A stretch of 64,000 nt of DNA from a virus (Duplodnaviria; Caudoviricetes). Each line of letters begins with the position of its first letter. Position 1 is the first letter of the stretch. The position numbers and the translations under genes were made by a program. Below, in pieces: positions 1-8,646 of the stretch. Location of the stretch: positions 8,369 through 72,368 of the IMG/VR virus record IMGVR_UViG_3300028805_000101; one strand, given 5' to 3'. The notes under the pieces were generated by a model. The model was not told the DNA's origin. It made no database searches and saw nothing but the letters and a program-made list of their open reading frames with translations.

Positions 1-336
1 CAAATCATACTTATCAAAATCCATACAATTATTCCATCTTATACAAGCAGATTCGGAAATTCCAAGTTCATCTCGTGGATGTACAAATTCTACAGCATCA
101 ACCAAGCACAATTCAAATAAATGAGGATTCTTCGGATTTGCATCAGTAATTCCTTCAATTAATGTTGTTTTAATGATTTCATCACGATAATAGACATATA
201 GTGTAGGTACATGAAAATCCAACGCAAGTTTATTTTCTTTACGCCAGTTTTGGATGGCATTACGAATTTCTGCACCAAGCATTGCTGTTACACAATTAAC
301 TTCTTTCTTTCCATTATAAATGTACTTTGATTTCAT
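1..336 (-). CDS. Hypothetical protein, 3'-truncated by window edge (MKSKYIYNGKKEV...)
   Basis: Manually translated: ATG at 336 after a GGAG SD, open to position 1. Confidence 0.7.
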   Translation of the reverse strand, partial: MKSKYIYNGKKEVNCVTAMLGAEIRNAIQNWRKENKLALDFHVPTLYVYYRDEIIKTTLIEGITDANPKNPHLFELCLVDAVEFVHPRDELGISESACIRWNNCMDFDKYDL

Positions 337-675
337 TTAAATCTCCACAAAATCATTATTGATATTTTTAAGTTTTTCTTTAATCTTAATTTCCTTCAAT
401 CTCATAGCGATATTTTTTATTCTTCTATCTATTTCAGCATCATTTGTAAAAGGCACAAACATATTAGGTTCCCATCCTCTAGCCGTTCTATTCAATTTGT
501 TTAAAACAACATAGTTATCATCTATATTGTAAGCAATATATACACCTTCATTATCATTAGTTGATAGCAAATATGTATTATGGTCATCTCTTACACAAAT
601 AGTTAAAGCATCCAACAATAATAAATTCCAAAGTCCATTATCAATAATACATTTTTTTAATTCAGATTTCAACAT
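337..675 (-). CDS. DF-tail family small protein
   Basis: Ends KEKLKNINNDFVEI. Confidence 0.8.
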   Translation of the reverse strand: MLKSELKKCIIDNGLWNLLLLDALTICVRDDHNTYLLSTNDNEGVYIAYNIDDNYVVLNKLNRTARGWEPNMFVPFTNDAEIDRRIKNIAMRLKEIKIKEKLKNINNDFVEI

Positions 676-833
676 ATTTTATCCTTAAAAATACAAGCTA
701 ATAGTCCAATTCCAATGAATACACCATTGGAAATATACAATCCTGCATCGCCTATTGAAAAATAAGCAATAAAATTGCAAATCATGTATAAGAAAACAAA
801 TGTTAAGAATATCTTATCCTTCTTCGTCATCAT
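669..833 (-). CDS. Small two-TM membrane protein
   Basis: Hydrophobic ORF; start moved to MMTKKDK after GAGG SD. Confidence 0.65.
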   Translation of the reverse strand: MMTKKDKIFLTFVFLYMICNFIAYFSIGDAGLYISNGVFIGIGLLACIFKDKIC

Positions 834-1038
834 CAGCCTCACTGATAACAATATATTCATCTTCAGGCAAAATGTTTAGTGAACCCCAAGTTCCAGAAAT
901 AGAACCATCATCAAAAATTTGTTCCACCACACCAGTTTTACCAATTAGTTTACGTTCACTTTCATAGATTTTTCCTGCGAAACCGATAATCTTAATGGTA
1001 TCACCGATCTTTGCTCTAGCATCTTCTATTGTTGTCAT
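814..1038 (-). CDS. DUF4314-like SH3-fold small protein
   Basis: IGDTIKII...GKTGVVEQIFDDGSI..TWGSLNILPED pattern. Confidence 0.5.
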   Translation of the reverse strand: MTTIEDARAKIGDTIKIIGFAGKIYESERKLIGKTGVVEQIFDDGSISGTWGSLNILPEDEYIVISEADDDEEG

Positions 1039-1047
1039 ATTTGCTCC

Positions 1048-1704
1048 TTATGCCACATATAGAATTGTTGGGTTGTCTGGGTGAATTGCAGGTGCAGTTT
1101 CTGGTGCATCTGTGTGAGTAGTTCTAAATTCAGTCCAAAGTTTTTCATAATCGTCTTTATTGAATGGATGCACAATCAGATGCATACCACTCTTTGAATG
1201 GATTTCTTTCATTACGATATATGCAAATTGTGACTTGCACTTATTGACAAGTTTGATTAAATCATCCAAATATGGAAGATATTCTTTATCAACATCTAGA
1301 AGCCAGCTTTTAGATTCCTTTGGTTCACTATTGGACTTACCACATGCAGAACTCAATAGTCTCTCAGGATTCTTGAATGTACCACCTTTCATGCAAGCAT
1401 AAATGTGTTCATAGATTTTCATATTGACATCTTTATTTGAGCGGCGATTAAGACGAATATATGCACGAACATCTTCAGTATTACAAAGATTAATGATTTC
1501 GTCTTTAAATTTATCCAAATCTTCAGGCTTTCTGATAAAATAGTTCTTCAGTGACCTACTATGCATATCACCATGATAAGTAGGATTTTTCTTACCATCT
1601 TTCATCGGGTCATCTGATTGTCTTTTAAGCAACTGAACAAAATAGAAATGTTCTGGCAAATTGAATTTTAGCATTGATTTAATAAGTTCAAAATTATCAA
1701 CCAT
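1048..1704 (-). CDS. Conserved phage protein, possible AEP (primase-polymerase) superfamily
   Basis: YFVQLLKR, RAYIRLNRRS, WLLDVD (DxD) and SKSGMHLI (sxGxH) motifs; start at MVDNF after GAGG SD. Confidence 0.45.
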   Translation of the reverse strand: MVDNFELIKSMLKFNLPEHFYFVQLLKRQSDDPMKDGKKNPTYHGDMHSRSLKNYFIRKPEDLDKFKDEIINLCNTEDVRAYIRLNRRSNKDVNMKIYEHIYACMKGGTFKNPERLLSSACGKSNSEPKESKSWLLDVDKEYLPYLDDLIKLVNKCKSQFAYIVMKEIHSKSGMHLIVHPFNKDDYEKLWTEFRTTHTDAPETAPAIHPDNPTILYVA

Positions 1705-1723
1705 AGTAATTACCTCTATATAA

Positions 1724-1791
1724 AATATAAAAAAATGACCGACAAATGTCAATCATTTTAAACTTAGATTATATGTAAAATTTAATTTACT
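1724..1791 (-). promoter_or_regulatory. Early promoter TTGACA-17-TATATT with upstream TGTAAA-N6-TTTACT box; hairpin over the -35
   Basis: -10 at 1724-1729, -35 at 1747-1752, palindrome 1774-1791. Confidence 0.8.
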
Positions 1792-3460
1792 TATGGATTC
1801 TTCTACCAAGTAAGTTATAGTATTTTCTCTTGTTTGGTTTATAAACATTGACCTTATTCTTTTGCAAGATTATTGTAGGTTGTTCTTCAATGTCTATAAC
1901 AGGTGCAATTTCAACAATAGTATCTTTTACAGTTGAATCTATGTAAATTGGTATGTCATAGTTTATTGTATCAAGTTCACCATAATCATATCTTCTAGCT
2001 TTCAACAATGCATTAGATGTTTCTCTATGCAAGTATACTCTAAATGGTTTGAATTTTATATTCTGACCACATCTTACGAAATCACCAGCCTTAAATCCAT
2101 CTGCGGCTACACCAGCAAATCCATATACATTATTCAGGTCATCACCAAAATCAGAACCATACATGAATCTATGATAAGAATTTAATGACCACTGATTAGT
2201 GGAGTTGTAGACTTTTTGTGGTTCTACAGGTTTAACATTGAATGTTCTAGCAGTAATTTTAACTGTATCAGTTTGTGGAATAATGATATATGGAACACCA
2301 GCATAAAGACTATCACCAGCGACAGCCTTCAAATGGACTTCCCATGTTGGATTTTTATAAATGTCATTCAATTCATAGAAATCAGTATTAACTTCAGACT
2401 TTGCTATGGTTATTGGTAATTCAAGTGTATTATAAGTTCCTGCATTAAATTTTCTATTGAAAATAATTGAATCAACAGTAAATTCTTTATTAAATACAGT
2501 TTCACTCATTGTCTTAGTGTAATTACCATCCAAGACCAATATTTTCTTATTGTCTTTGAACAAAATGGAATATACACCATAATCCAATTTATCAGCTACA
2601 ACAGCATTTTCACTATGGGCTTTTCCAACAGAATTCGTAACATTGTCAGATATGAATGTAGCATTAGAAACATGAGCAGTTCCTTCATATACATCACCAA
2701 TAATTCCACCAATATAGGTAGTTCCGTCAGCAACAACATTTATATTACCTTCCCAAAGAACACTATCTATGGTAACATTTTTCTTTGTCATACCAACAAT
2801 GCCACCAACGAAAGAAAGGTTCTTGACATTTATAGTGACTGCAGAACTAGAATTTTTGATAGTGCCCCAAGTATTACCTGCTATACCACCAACATTCTGA
2901 CCATCACCAAAACCATTCAATACACCTGTAGCAGATGAACTATCTACTAAACCAGTTGCATCCATCCATCCTACAATTGTTCCAATACATATTGCTTTCT
3001 TTTCTTTACCTTCAGCACTATTGTCAATAGCACCTGGTGTTTTACCACCAACACTATAACTTGTGACTGTTATATTGGATAAGTTTAGATTTTTTACAGT
3101 ACCTGACATAGTACCAATGAAACCAAGGTTTTGAGGATAATGGTCATTCAATTTTTTAAGTGTATCACTATCCATATAGTAGTTTGAAATTGTATGGCCA
3201 TTTCCATCAAAGACACCAGCAAATTTAGGTGTTCCAGTTCCAGCTGCTATTGGAATCCATAACTGATTACCATAGTCAATATCAGCCATCAACTTAGCAT
3301 TTAGATTTACATTACTACTATTATACGAATTGACTTTGTCTCGGAACCAGTTAAGGTCTTCAACAGTTTCAATTTGATAATAATTGTTTACATATAATGG
3401 TTCACCAAAAGATAACCCTATAAGGGCTAATAACAATAAGATATGTTTCATTTTATGCAC
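1787..3460 (-). CDS. Secreted GLUG-motif/beta-helix protein with Fibrobacter/Prevotella-type C-terminal domain
   Basis: Signal peptide MKHILLLLALIGLSFG; FAGVFDGNGHTISN; repeated VGGIxG; C-terminal YYNLLGRR. Confidence 0.7.
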   Translation of the reverse strand: MHKMKHILLLLALIGLSFGEPLYVNNYYQIETVEDLNWFRDKVNSYNSSNVNLNAKLMADIDYGNQLWIPIAAGTGTPKFAGVFDGNGHTISNYYMDSDTLKKLNDHYPQNLGFIGTMSGTVKNLNLSNITVTSYSVGGKTPGAIDNSAEGKEKKAICIGTIVGWMDATGLVDSSSATGVLNGFGDGQNVGGIAGNTWGTIKNSSSAVTINVKNLSFVGGIVGMTKKNVTIDSVLWEGNINVVADGTTYIGGIIGDVYEGTAHVSNATFISDNVTNSVGKAHSENAVVADKLDYGVYSILFKDNKKILVLDGNYTKTMSETVFNKEFTVDSIIFNRKFNAGTYNTLELPITIAKSEVNTDFYELNDIYKNPTWEVHLKAVAGDSLYAGVPYIIIPQTDTVKITARTFNVKPVEPQKVYNSTNQWSLNSYHRFMYGSDFGDDLNNVYGFAGVAADGFKAGDFVRCGQNIKFKPFRVYLHRETSNALLKARRYDYGELDTINYDIPIYIDSTVKDTIVEIAPVIDIEEQPTIILQKNKVNVYKPNKRKYYNLLGRRIHK

Positions 3461-3626
3461 CTACTGACACACTTGGGTCAATAAATACAGGAATTGTTGA
3501 CCCAATTTCACCTTCTTCTTCACAGCCATAACAAGAATCTTGTAGCAAATCAATCTTAGAATTTAGATTTACTACCTCGAGTTCAGGCTTTATGTATTGT
3601 TTCTTTTCTTTATTTTGTTCATTCAT
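3453..3626 (-). CDS. 57-aa peptide with YxxPxL motif
   Basis: MNEQNKEKKQYIKPELEVVNL...LLQDSCYGC; AGGAG SD. Confidence 0.7.
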   Translation of the reverse strand: MNEQNKEKKQYIKPELEVVNLNSKIDLLQDSCYGCEEEGEIGSTIPVFIDPSVSVGA

Positions 3627-3642
3627 AGTATATCTCCTAAAT

Positions 3643-3807
3643 CTATTTATATTCCTTGCATCTGCCACATTTGCTACAGCGTTTGTATAATTGGTCAGTA
3701 TCTGTTCTTTCCACTATTTCCCACTCGTGTTTGCAACGAAGCTTAAAATAGGACAAAACATAAACTGCCACAATCAGTATGAATCCAAATATAATAAGAT
3801 ATATCAT
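3643..3807 (-). CDS. Small TM protein with zinc ribbon (not in ORF track)
   Basis: Manual translation MIYLIIFGFILIVAVYVLSYFKLRCKHEW...RCSKCGRCKEYK. Confidence 0.7.
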   Translation of the reverse strand: MIYLIIFGFILIVAVYVLSYFKLRCKHEWEIVERTDTDQLYKRCSKCGRCKEYK

Positions 3808-3840
3808 AATGCGTAAAATATAATTAAATTTTACAGTTTG

Positions 3841-4173
3841 TCAACTTTTGCCAAAATCTTTGCTTAATTCCATTTTTCTGGCATTTGTAAATTGTTTCTT
3901 ATGGTATAAAATAAGAAAATTGTATTGTCTTTTATAATAATCCAGCGAATAGTTTAAATGGTTCAATGTTGTATCTTCAATAATTGTTCTATGTTGTACA
4001 TAACTTACCATTATAAAGTTTTCATCATAGAGCAAGTTATATGTATCTGCGAGAAAACCGTGAACTCTTAAGAATATTTGATTTCTATAAAATATTGAAA
4101 ACCCATCGGATTGTTTCCGAATGTCATACAGCTCATTTGAGTTAGCCCAAGCTAGAATTTCATCTTTTGTCAT
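3841..4173 (-). CDS. DF-tail family small protein
   Basis: Ends ARKMELSKDFGKS. Confidence 0.8.
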   Translation of the reverse strand: MTKDEILAWANSNELYDIRKQSDGFSIFYRNQIFLRVHGFLADTYNLLYDENFIMVSYVQHRTIIEDTTLNHLNYSLDYYKRQYNFLILYHKKQFTNARKMELSKDFGKS

Positions 4174-4439
4174 ATCGTTTTTTCAAAAATAGTAAAATTA
4201 TGATAAGTGTCAATGCAATACCGTAATTAAAATATTGTGGGTATTGCCAAAAACCACTTATATAGTTAGTTCCAAAGATGTATATGGCTGAAAATATATT
4301 GCCAAATATTGAAAGAATGATATAGAATAAACTTATATCTTTCGTTGATTTAGTTTTGAATGCTTTTATTACTTGTGGTAAAGCACAGACTGCAAAACAG
4401 ATTGCTCCAAGAACTCCGAATTATCGTTAAAATTGCCAT
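4160..4439 (-). pseudogene. SemiSWEET/PQ-loop transporter, frameshifted (+1) at about 4418
   Basis: MAILTII in one frame, then GVLGAICFAVCALPQVIKAFKTKSTKDIS... in the +1 frame; 280 nt = 3n+1; AGGA SD before ATG 4439. Confidence 0.75.
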
Positions 4440-4441
4440 AA

Positions 4442-4966
4442 TTATCCTAATATTGTTTTAATAAGTTTATTTTCCACTAGATATTTTACAAGTTCAGAAC
4501 TCCCTCCACCAGCCTTTGCCATATCAACATCAGTTATTACAGACAAATCAGGATCTTGTGTCATTCTATTTTTTGCCTTGATATAAGCGAAATCTTTACA
4601 TTGTTCCATAATTTCTTTATCAGACAATGTTTTACAGATTTCACATACATTGTTGATAGTTTTCTTTTCCATTTCAGCAATATAGTCCAAATCAGGTTTA
4701 TTATTACATTCTATAAACTTATCATAGGTATCTTTTTCATCGTAATAAGTATTGAATTCTGAATTTGGTAGAATAAAATCATTGAACTGTAATGGTTTAA
4801 GGAATTTTCCTGATAAATGGAATCTATCATCAAATATGGCTTTACCATATTTTGATAAATATTCCTTTTGTGAAAGATACATTATTCCATATAGTCTATT
4901 CAGTGTTGTCTTATGTTGAAGTTTTTCTAAGATATATTTAATCACTTCTACATCTGAATTTTTCAT
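4442..4966 (-). CDS. Panacea (DUF4065/SocA-like) antitoxin-domain protein
   Basis: RLYGIMYLSQKEYLSKYGKAIFDDRF, PDLDYIAEME, DMAKAGG; GPV motif degenerate. Confidence 0.6.
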   Translation of the reverse strand: MKNSDVEVIKYILEKLQHKTTLNRLYGIMYLSQKEYLSKYGKAIFDDRFHLSGKFLKPLQFNDFILPNSEFNTYYDEKDTYDKFIECNNKPDLDYIAEMEKKTINNVCEICKTLSDKEIMEQCKDFAYIKAKNRMTQDPDLSVITDVDMAKAGGGSSELVKYLVENKLIKTILG

Positions 4967-5121
4967 AATTTACTCGAAATAAAATTCATTAGATACATAA
5001 AACCAGTCACAAACAGTGGAAATAAAAAATACTCAATGAGACCCATTGGGTATTGTATAAGAAATGAAAATAGGATTACTCCAAATAATGCTGTAATGTA
5101 TATGCTAAAAAATGTTTTCAT
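4963..5121 (-). CDS. Small membrane protein (not in ORF track)
   Basis: Manual translation, 52 aa, two hydrophobic segments, ATGA overlap with next gene. Confidence 0.6.
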   Translation of the reverse strand: MKTFFSIYITALFGVILFSFLIQYPMGLIEYFLFPLFVTGFMYLMNFISSKL

Positions 5122-5151
5122 ATCTAATAATATAACAAAATATTTATAGAA

Positions 5152-5334
5152 TTAAGAATCTATTGTTTTTGTTTTATCAACTTCAACTTTAAGAATATCT
5201 GGTGTAGTTTGATACTGTTCTCTGATAAATTCATATAGTTCTTTTCTAACCTGTTCTTCAGTTTCACAATATCGCTTAAATACTTGTGGCTCGCCAAACA
5301 TATTAACTACACATTTATATCTAATCTTATTCAT
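5152..5334 (-). CDS. Hypothetical protein
   Basis: ORF in operon with overlapping neighbours. Confidence 0.6.
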   Translation of the reverse strand: MNKIRYKCVVNMFGEPQVFKRYCETEEQVRKELYEFIREQYQTTPDILKVEVDKTKTIDS

Positions 5335-5764
5335 TATACAATATTTCCGTACTTGTTTTTATAAAAATCTTATCCAAATCAAGTATCTTTGATTTTTTAT
5401 TTGGAACTTCTTTTTGAGGTCCAATTACACAGAATGACCCAATTCCATAAACAATCGTGACTTCAGAATATTTTTCTTTGTATTTTAGTTGAATGTGGTA
5501 GTTTTCCCATTTGTCTTTTGGGTCTGTATAGATAAATTCTCTAAATTCCTTAGTCCATAGATTTTGATAGAAGAACTCCATACAAGACCAAATTTCATCT
5601 TTATCTTTACCTTTATATTGGTAAAGCATAGATTCTTCTTCAAATGTTTTATTATATTCAACAATCTCTTTTAGTTTAGATAACATCTTTGATAATTTTA
5701 CTTTTGCTCTAATTAAATCATCAAATCCTTTATACTGTTTTAAATTTGCTGGAACAATAACCAT
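5327..5764 (-). CDS. Hypothetical protein
   Basis: 145-aa ORF, coupled to neighbours. Confidence 0.7.
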   Translation of the reverse strand: MVIVPANLKQYKGFDDLIRAKVKLSKMLSKLKEIVEYNKTFEEESMLYQYKGKDKDEIWSCMEFFYQNLWTKEFREFIYTDPKDKWENYHIQLKYKEKYSEVTIVYGIGSFCVIGPQKEVPNKKSKILDLDKIFIKTSTEILYNE

Positions 5765-5913
5765 TAGTAAACCTTAAAATTCTGATCATCGCAATTATAT
5801 GTGGTAGAGTCAGTTTCCATTACCTTACAATTTTCTACTGGTGCATTTGATATTCTGGAATCATTACACGATATTATACAGAATACTGCAATTATTATTA
5901 AATACTTAACCAT
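5764..5913 (-). CDS. Small lipoprotein (not in ORF track)
   Basis: MVKYLIIAVFCIISC-NDSR: signal peptide with lipobox Cys. Confidence 0.6.
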   Translation of the reverse strand: MVKYLIIIAVFCIISCNDSRISNAPVENCKVMETDSTTYNCDDQNFKVY

Positions 5914-6409
5914 TTTTATTACCTAATTCTTCAGCGATCTTATCCATTATTCCGTTCTGTATTGCATCCTGTAGTTTCAATGAAATGTATTTGCTAAATG
6001 ACATTCCTGCTTTATTTGCTGCTAGTTGTAATTGTGCAATTTCTTCATCAGTCAAATCAAGACAGATTTCTTCCATACCATCTTCAATCAACTTAACTCC
6101 TGTTGGTTCTAACCATCTACGAGCAACTTCATTTTCAATCTGACAACCTTTAGAATCTTTCCAACCTGGGGCAAAATAGATTATTTCAGCACCAGCCATT
6201 TTTGATAATGCTTGACCTAACAAATTTACAGCACTAATGGCATTGTATTCAGTAGTTTCTTGTGGCTGATATGAATCAATTACAACAATTTCATTATCAG
6301 GATAAACATTAGAAATATAATCAGCAGCTTTTCTTCTTGTTTCTAAAATTTCATCGTTAGTCAATCCACTCATTGGTTGTGAAATAAATACTCTCTTAAT
6401 CGGCTTCAT
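5906..6409 (-). CDS. DUF4406 (nucleoside deoxyribosyltransferase-like) domain plus C-terminal RHH-like domain
   Basis: VFISQPMSG, IYFAPGWKDSKGCQIE; C-term LDLTDEEIAQLQLAANKAGMSFSKYI. Confidence 0.65.
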   Translation of the reverse strand: MKPIKRVFISQPMSGLTNDEILETRRKAADYISNVYPDNEIVVIDSYQPQETTEYNAISAVNLLGQALSKMAGAEIIYFAPGWKDSKGCQIENEVARRWLEPTGVKLIEDGMEEICLDLTDEEIAQLQLAANKAGMSFSKYISLKLQDAIQNGIMDKIAEELGNKNG

Positions 6410-6704
6410 TAAAATCTCCTTCCATTACATTCTTTCGTTCTGCGGTTATCAATGTTTTATAAGTCTGTCTATAAACCTTTATTATAGATTTCAATTCATT
6501 CAGTGAACTAACTCTTTTATTTGCACCTGCAATAATATTAAAAGTTCCATCATCATTTACTGAAAATGTCAGAACATCAATTGTAAAATATTTATTACCG
6601 TAGTTTGATATTTTCAACTTATAATTACCAAGAATTAAATAAGTATGTTTGGTATCATTTTTATAATATTTTATCGGATACATATCATCCAACGCAGAAT
6701 ACAT
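6396..6704 (-). CDS. DF-tail family small protein
   Basis: Ends ERKNVMEGDFNEAD. Confidence 0.8.
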   Translation of the reverse strand: MYSALDDMYPIKYYKNDTKHTYLILGNYKLKISNYGNKYFTIDVLTFSVNDDGTFNIIAGANKRVSSLNELKSIIKVYRQTYKTLITAERKNVMEGDFNEAD

Positions 6705-6705
6705 A

Positions 6706-6936
6706 TCAAAACCTACCGGACTTTTTTAGTTCTTTCAGAAATGCATCATATTGTTTAGCAAAATATTCAAATGTATTATCTTCATCTACAGGACCAACTG
6801 TTTGTAAATTCATGTCTTTACAGAACTTTTCCCATTCTTCATCAGAACAAACTTGTTCCTGGTCATCTATATAAGATTTCATCCATTCATTCATCGCTTC
6901 AGACGGCGTTTTCCACATTTGGTTCTTCTCCTTCAA
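6706..6936 (-). CDS. Hypothetical protein
   Basis: 76-aa ORF, GGAG SD. Confidence 0.65.
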   Translation of the reverse strand: MKEKNQMWKTPSEAMNEWMKSYIDDQEQVCSDEEWEKFCKDMNLQTVGPVDEDNTFEYFAKQYDAFLKELKKSGRF

Positions 6937-7696
6937 AAATTACATTTTCACGATTAGTCACTTTGGAGAATATAGGCATATCCAAAATACGGATTTCATG
7001 TCTCTTCACCATAGTATTTCTATCTAAAGTAAATCTATGTTTTTCAGGAATCTTATGCCATTCTTCATCATTCAATTTTCGTTCAATGATTTTTCGCTGA
7101 GCATATGTTCCACGCTTGAAAAATACTGGATAATCATTCCAGTTAATACCTTTTTCCATTAACAAGTCTTGTTTTTCTGCACCATTCTTATTCATTAGTT
7201 GTTTGTCTGAATAATATGCTCTTGCTGCCATAGAAATAGAATTCTTTGTAGCATCAAATTCTCTCCATAGCAATTCATTTGCGGCTTCAGTCCTATTTGG
7301 AACTTGCCAACATCTACAATCAAAAAATGCCAATGGCTTATCAGGATATTTCTTATGAATGACTTCGTTGAACTTAGCTGTAGCAATACTCGCTATAACT
7401 GAAGTCAGTTTAGAAATTCTACCATTGAACATCGGATCTTTTATATCAGATAGAATTAGTGTTATTTCATCAGACTGTGTATATCCAATACAAGCATCAC
7501 TTTGTTCCACAAGATATCGCATTGTTTCAACCATTGAGTCTGACATATCCTTGTCATAGGGGCGTTTCATTCCTCTAGTGAATGTGTGGAACGCCCTTCC
7601 ATCAATACGAACGCAGATTGGAAGTCTTGGCATAAAGCTGCGATTTGCTTCAATGCCTTCATATAATTTCATTCTATCACCAAATTTATCTGCCAT
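6899..7696 (-). CDS. thg1: tRNA-His guanylyltransferase (Thg1/TLP family)
   Basis: MKxYE, VRIDGRAFHTFT, YTQSDEI, FDCR, WREFDATKNSI motifs; start at MADKF. Confidence 0.92.
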   Translation of the reverse strand: MADKFGDRMKLYEGIEANRSFMPRLPICVRIDGRAFHTFTRGMKRPYDKDMSDSMVETMRYLVEQSDACIGYTQSDEITLILSDIKDPMFNGRISKLTSVIASIATAKFNEVIHKKYPDKPLAFFDCRCWQVPNRTEAANELLWREFDATKNSISMAARAYYSDKQLMNKNGAEKQDLLMEKGINWNDYPVFFKRGTYAQRKIIERKLNDEEWHKIPEKHRFTLDRNTMVKRHEIRILDMPIFSKVTNRENVIFEGEEPNVENAV

Positions 7697-7787
7697 TTTT
7701 ATACCATAATTAAAAGAATTTCCACACAATGAAACTCATTACAAATAAAGCTAATCCTAGCCAAAACATAACTTTATTAACCATCAT

Positions 7788-8108
7788 TTAATCATCCCTC
7801 TCTGGAAAAAATACCAATACTGTTTGTGCTGCTGCCCAATCAAGTAGTTCATTTGCTAAATCATCTGGCATGTCAGCATATTCATTTTCATCAAAATAAT
7901 TATCTATATAACCTGATATGCATTCATAGTTATCATAAGTTGTATCATATTCTTTCATATATTTCATGAATTTCTTTGGTGCTTTAGCCCATAACTTTTT
8001 AGCCAAACCATCCACAGTTCTTGGAAGAATATTTTTTAGTGGTGTTTCTAGTTCACGTCTTACCAAATCCTTATATCTAGAATCGGCTACAATATCATCA
8101 TATGTCAT
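7788..8108 (-). CDS. Hypothetical acidic protein
   Basis: 106-aa ORF, GGAG SD. Confidence 0.7.
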   Translation of the reverse strand: MTYDDIVADSRYKDLVRRELETPLKNILPRTVDGLAKKLWAKAPKKFMKYMKEYDTTYDNYECISGYIDNYFDENEYADMPDDLANELLDWAAAQTVLVFFPERDD

Positions 8109-8451
8109 ATTTTACTCCATGTTTAATAATATCACAAAAATAATGAAAATATACAATCCAACAGTAATTATAATATCAATCTTACTGGTCTTCTTAAATT
8201 CATTTATTGCTTCAGAATTATCTGCAATTGGTCTAAATGATAATTCAGTATTATCATTAGAATCATTACTTTTCAATAACATCTATTATTCTCCATACAT
8301 TATTATGGAATATAATAAATATTTCACAGATTGGCAATATTGTAAACTACAACACCCAATATAATCCATGAAATAATAGACATAGTAAGTATTACTGTGA
8401 ACTTTGTTATCTTTGACAAATGTTGTTCTTTATTTATAATGTTGTCGCTGT

Positions 8452-8646
8452 TCATGATTTTCCTTTTAGTCTAGAAATTTCCTTTTTCAATTCTTCATTT
8501 TCTTTAATAAGCATCTTAATCTGATGGAAAAAATCATTCACATCATCTATACTTAATGAAGAGTGTTTTTTCTTACCAAAGACATGTTTCGGTAACAATT
8601 CGTGTTTTTCATCGTGAACTGGATATTTTTCATCATCAAACTTCAT
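8452..8646 (-). CDS. Hypothetical protein with coiled-coil end
   Basis: 64-aa ORF overlapping upstream stop. Confidence 0.6.
   Translation of the reverse strand: MKFDDEKYPVHDEKHELLPKHVFGKKKHSSLSIDDVNDFFHQIKMLIKENEELKKEISRLKGKS

Noticed and set aside
3453-3626. Lasso-peptide or RiPP biosynthetic cluster
   Set aside because: The YxxPxL peptide has no adjacent cyclase, peptidase, RRE or radical-SAM gene in the window.
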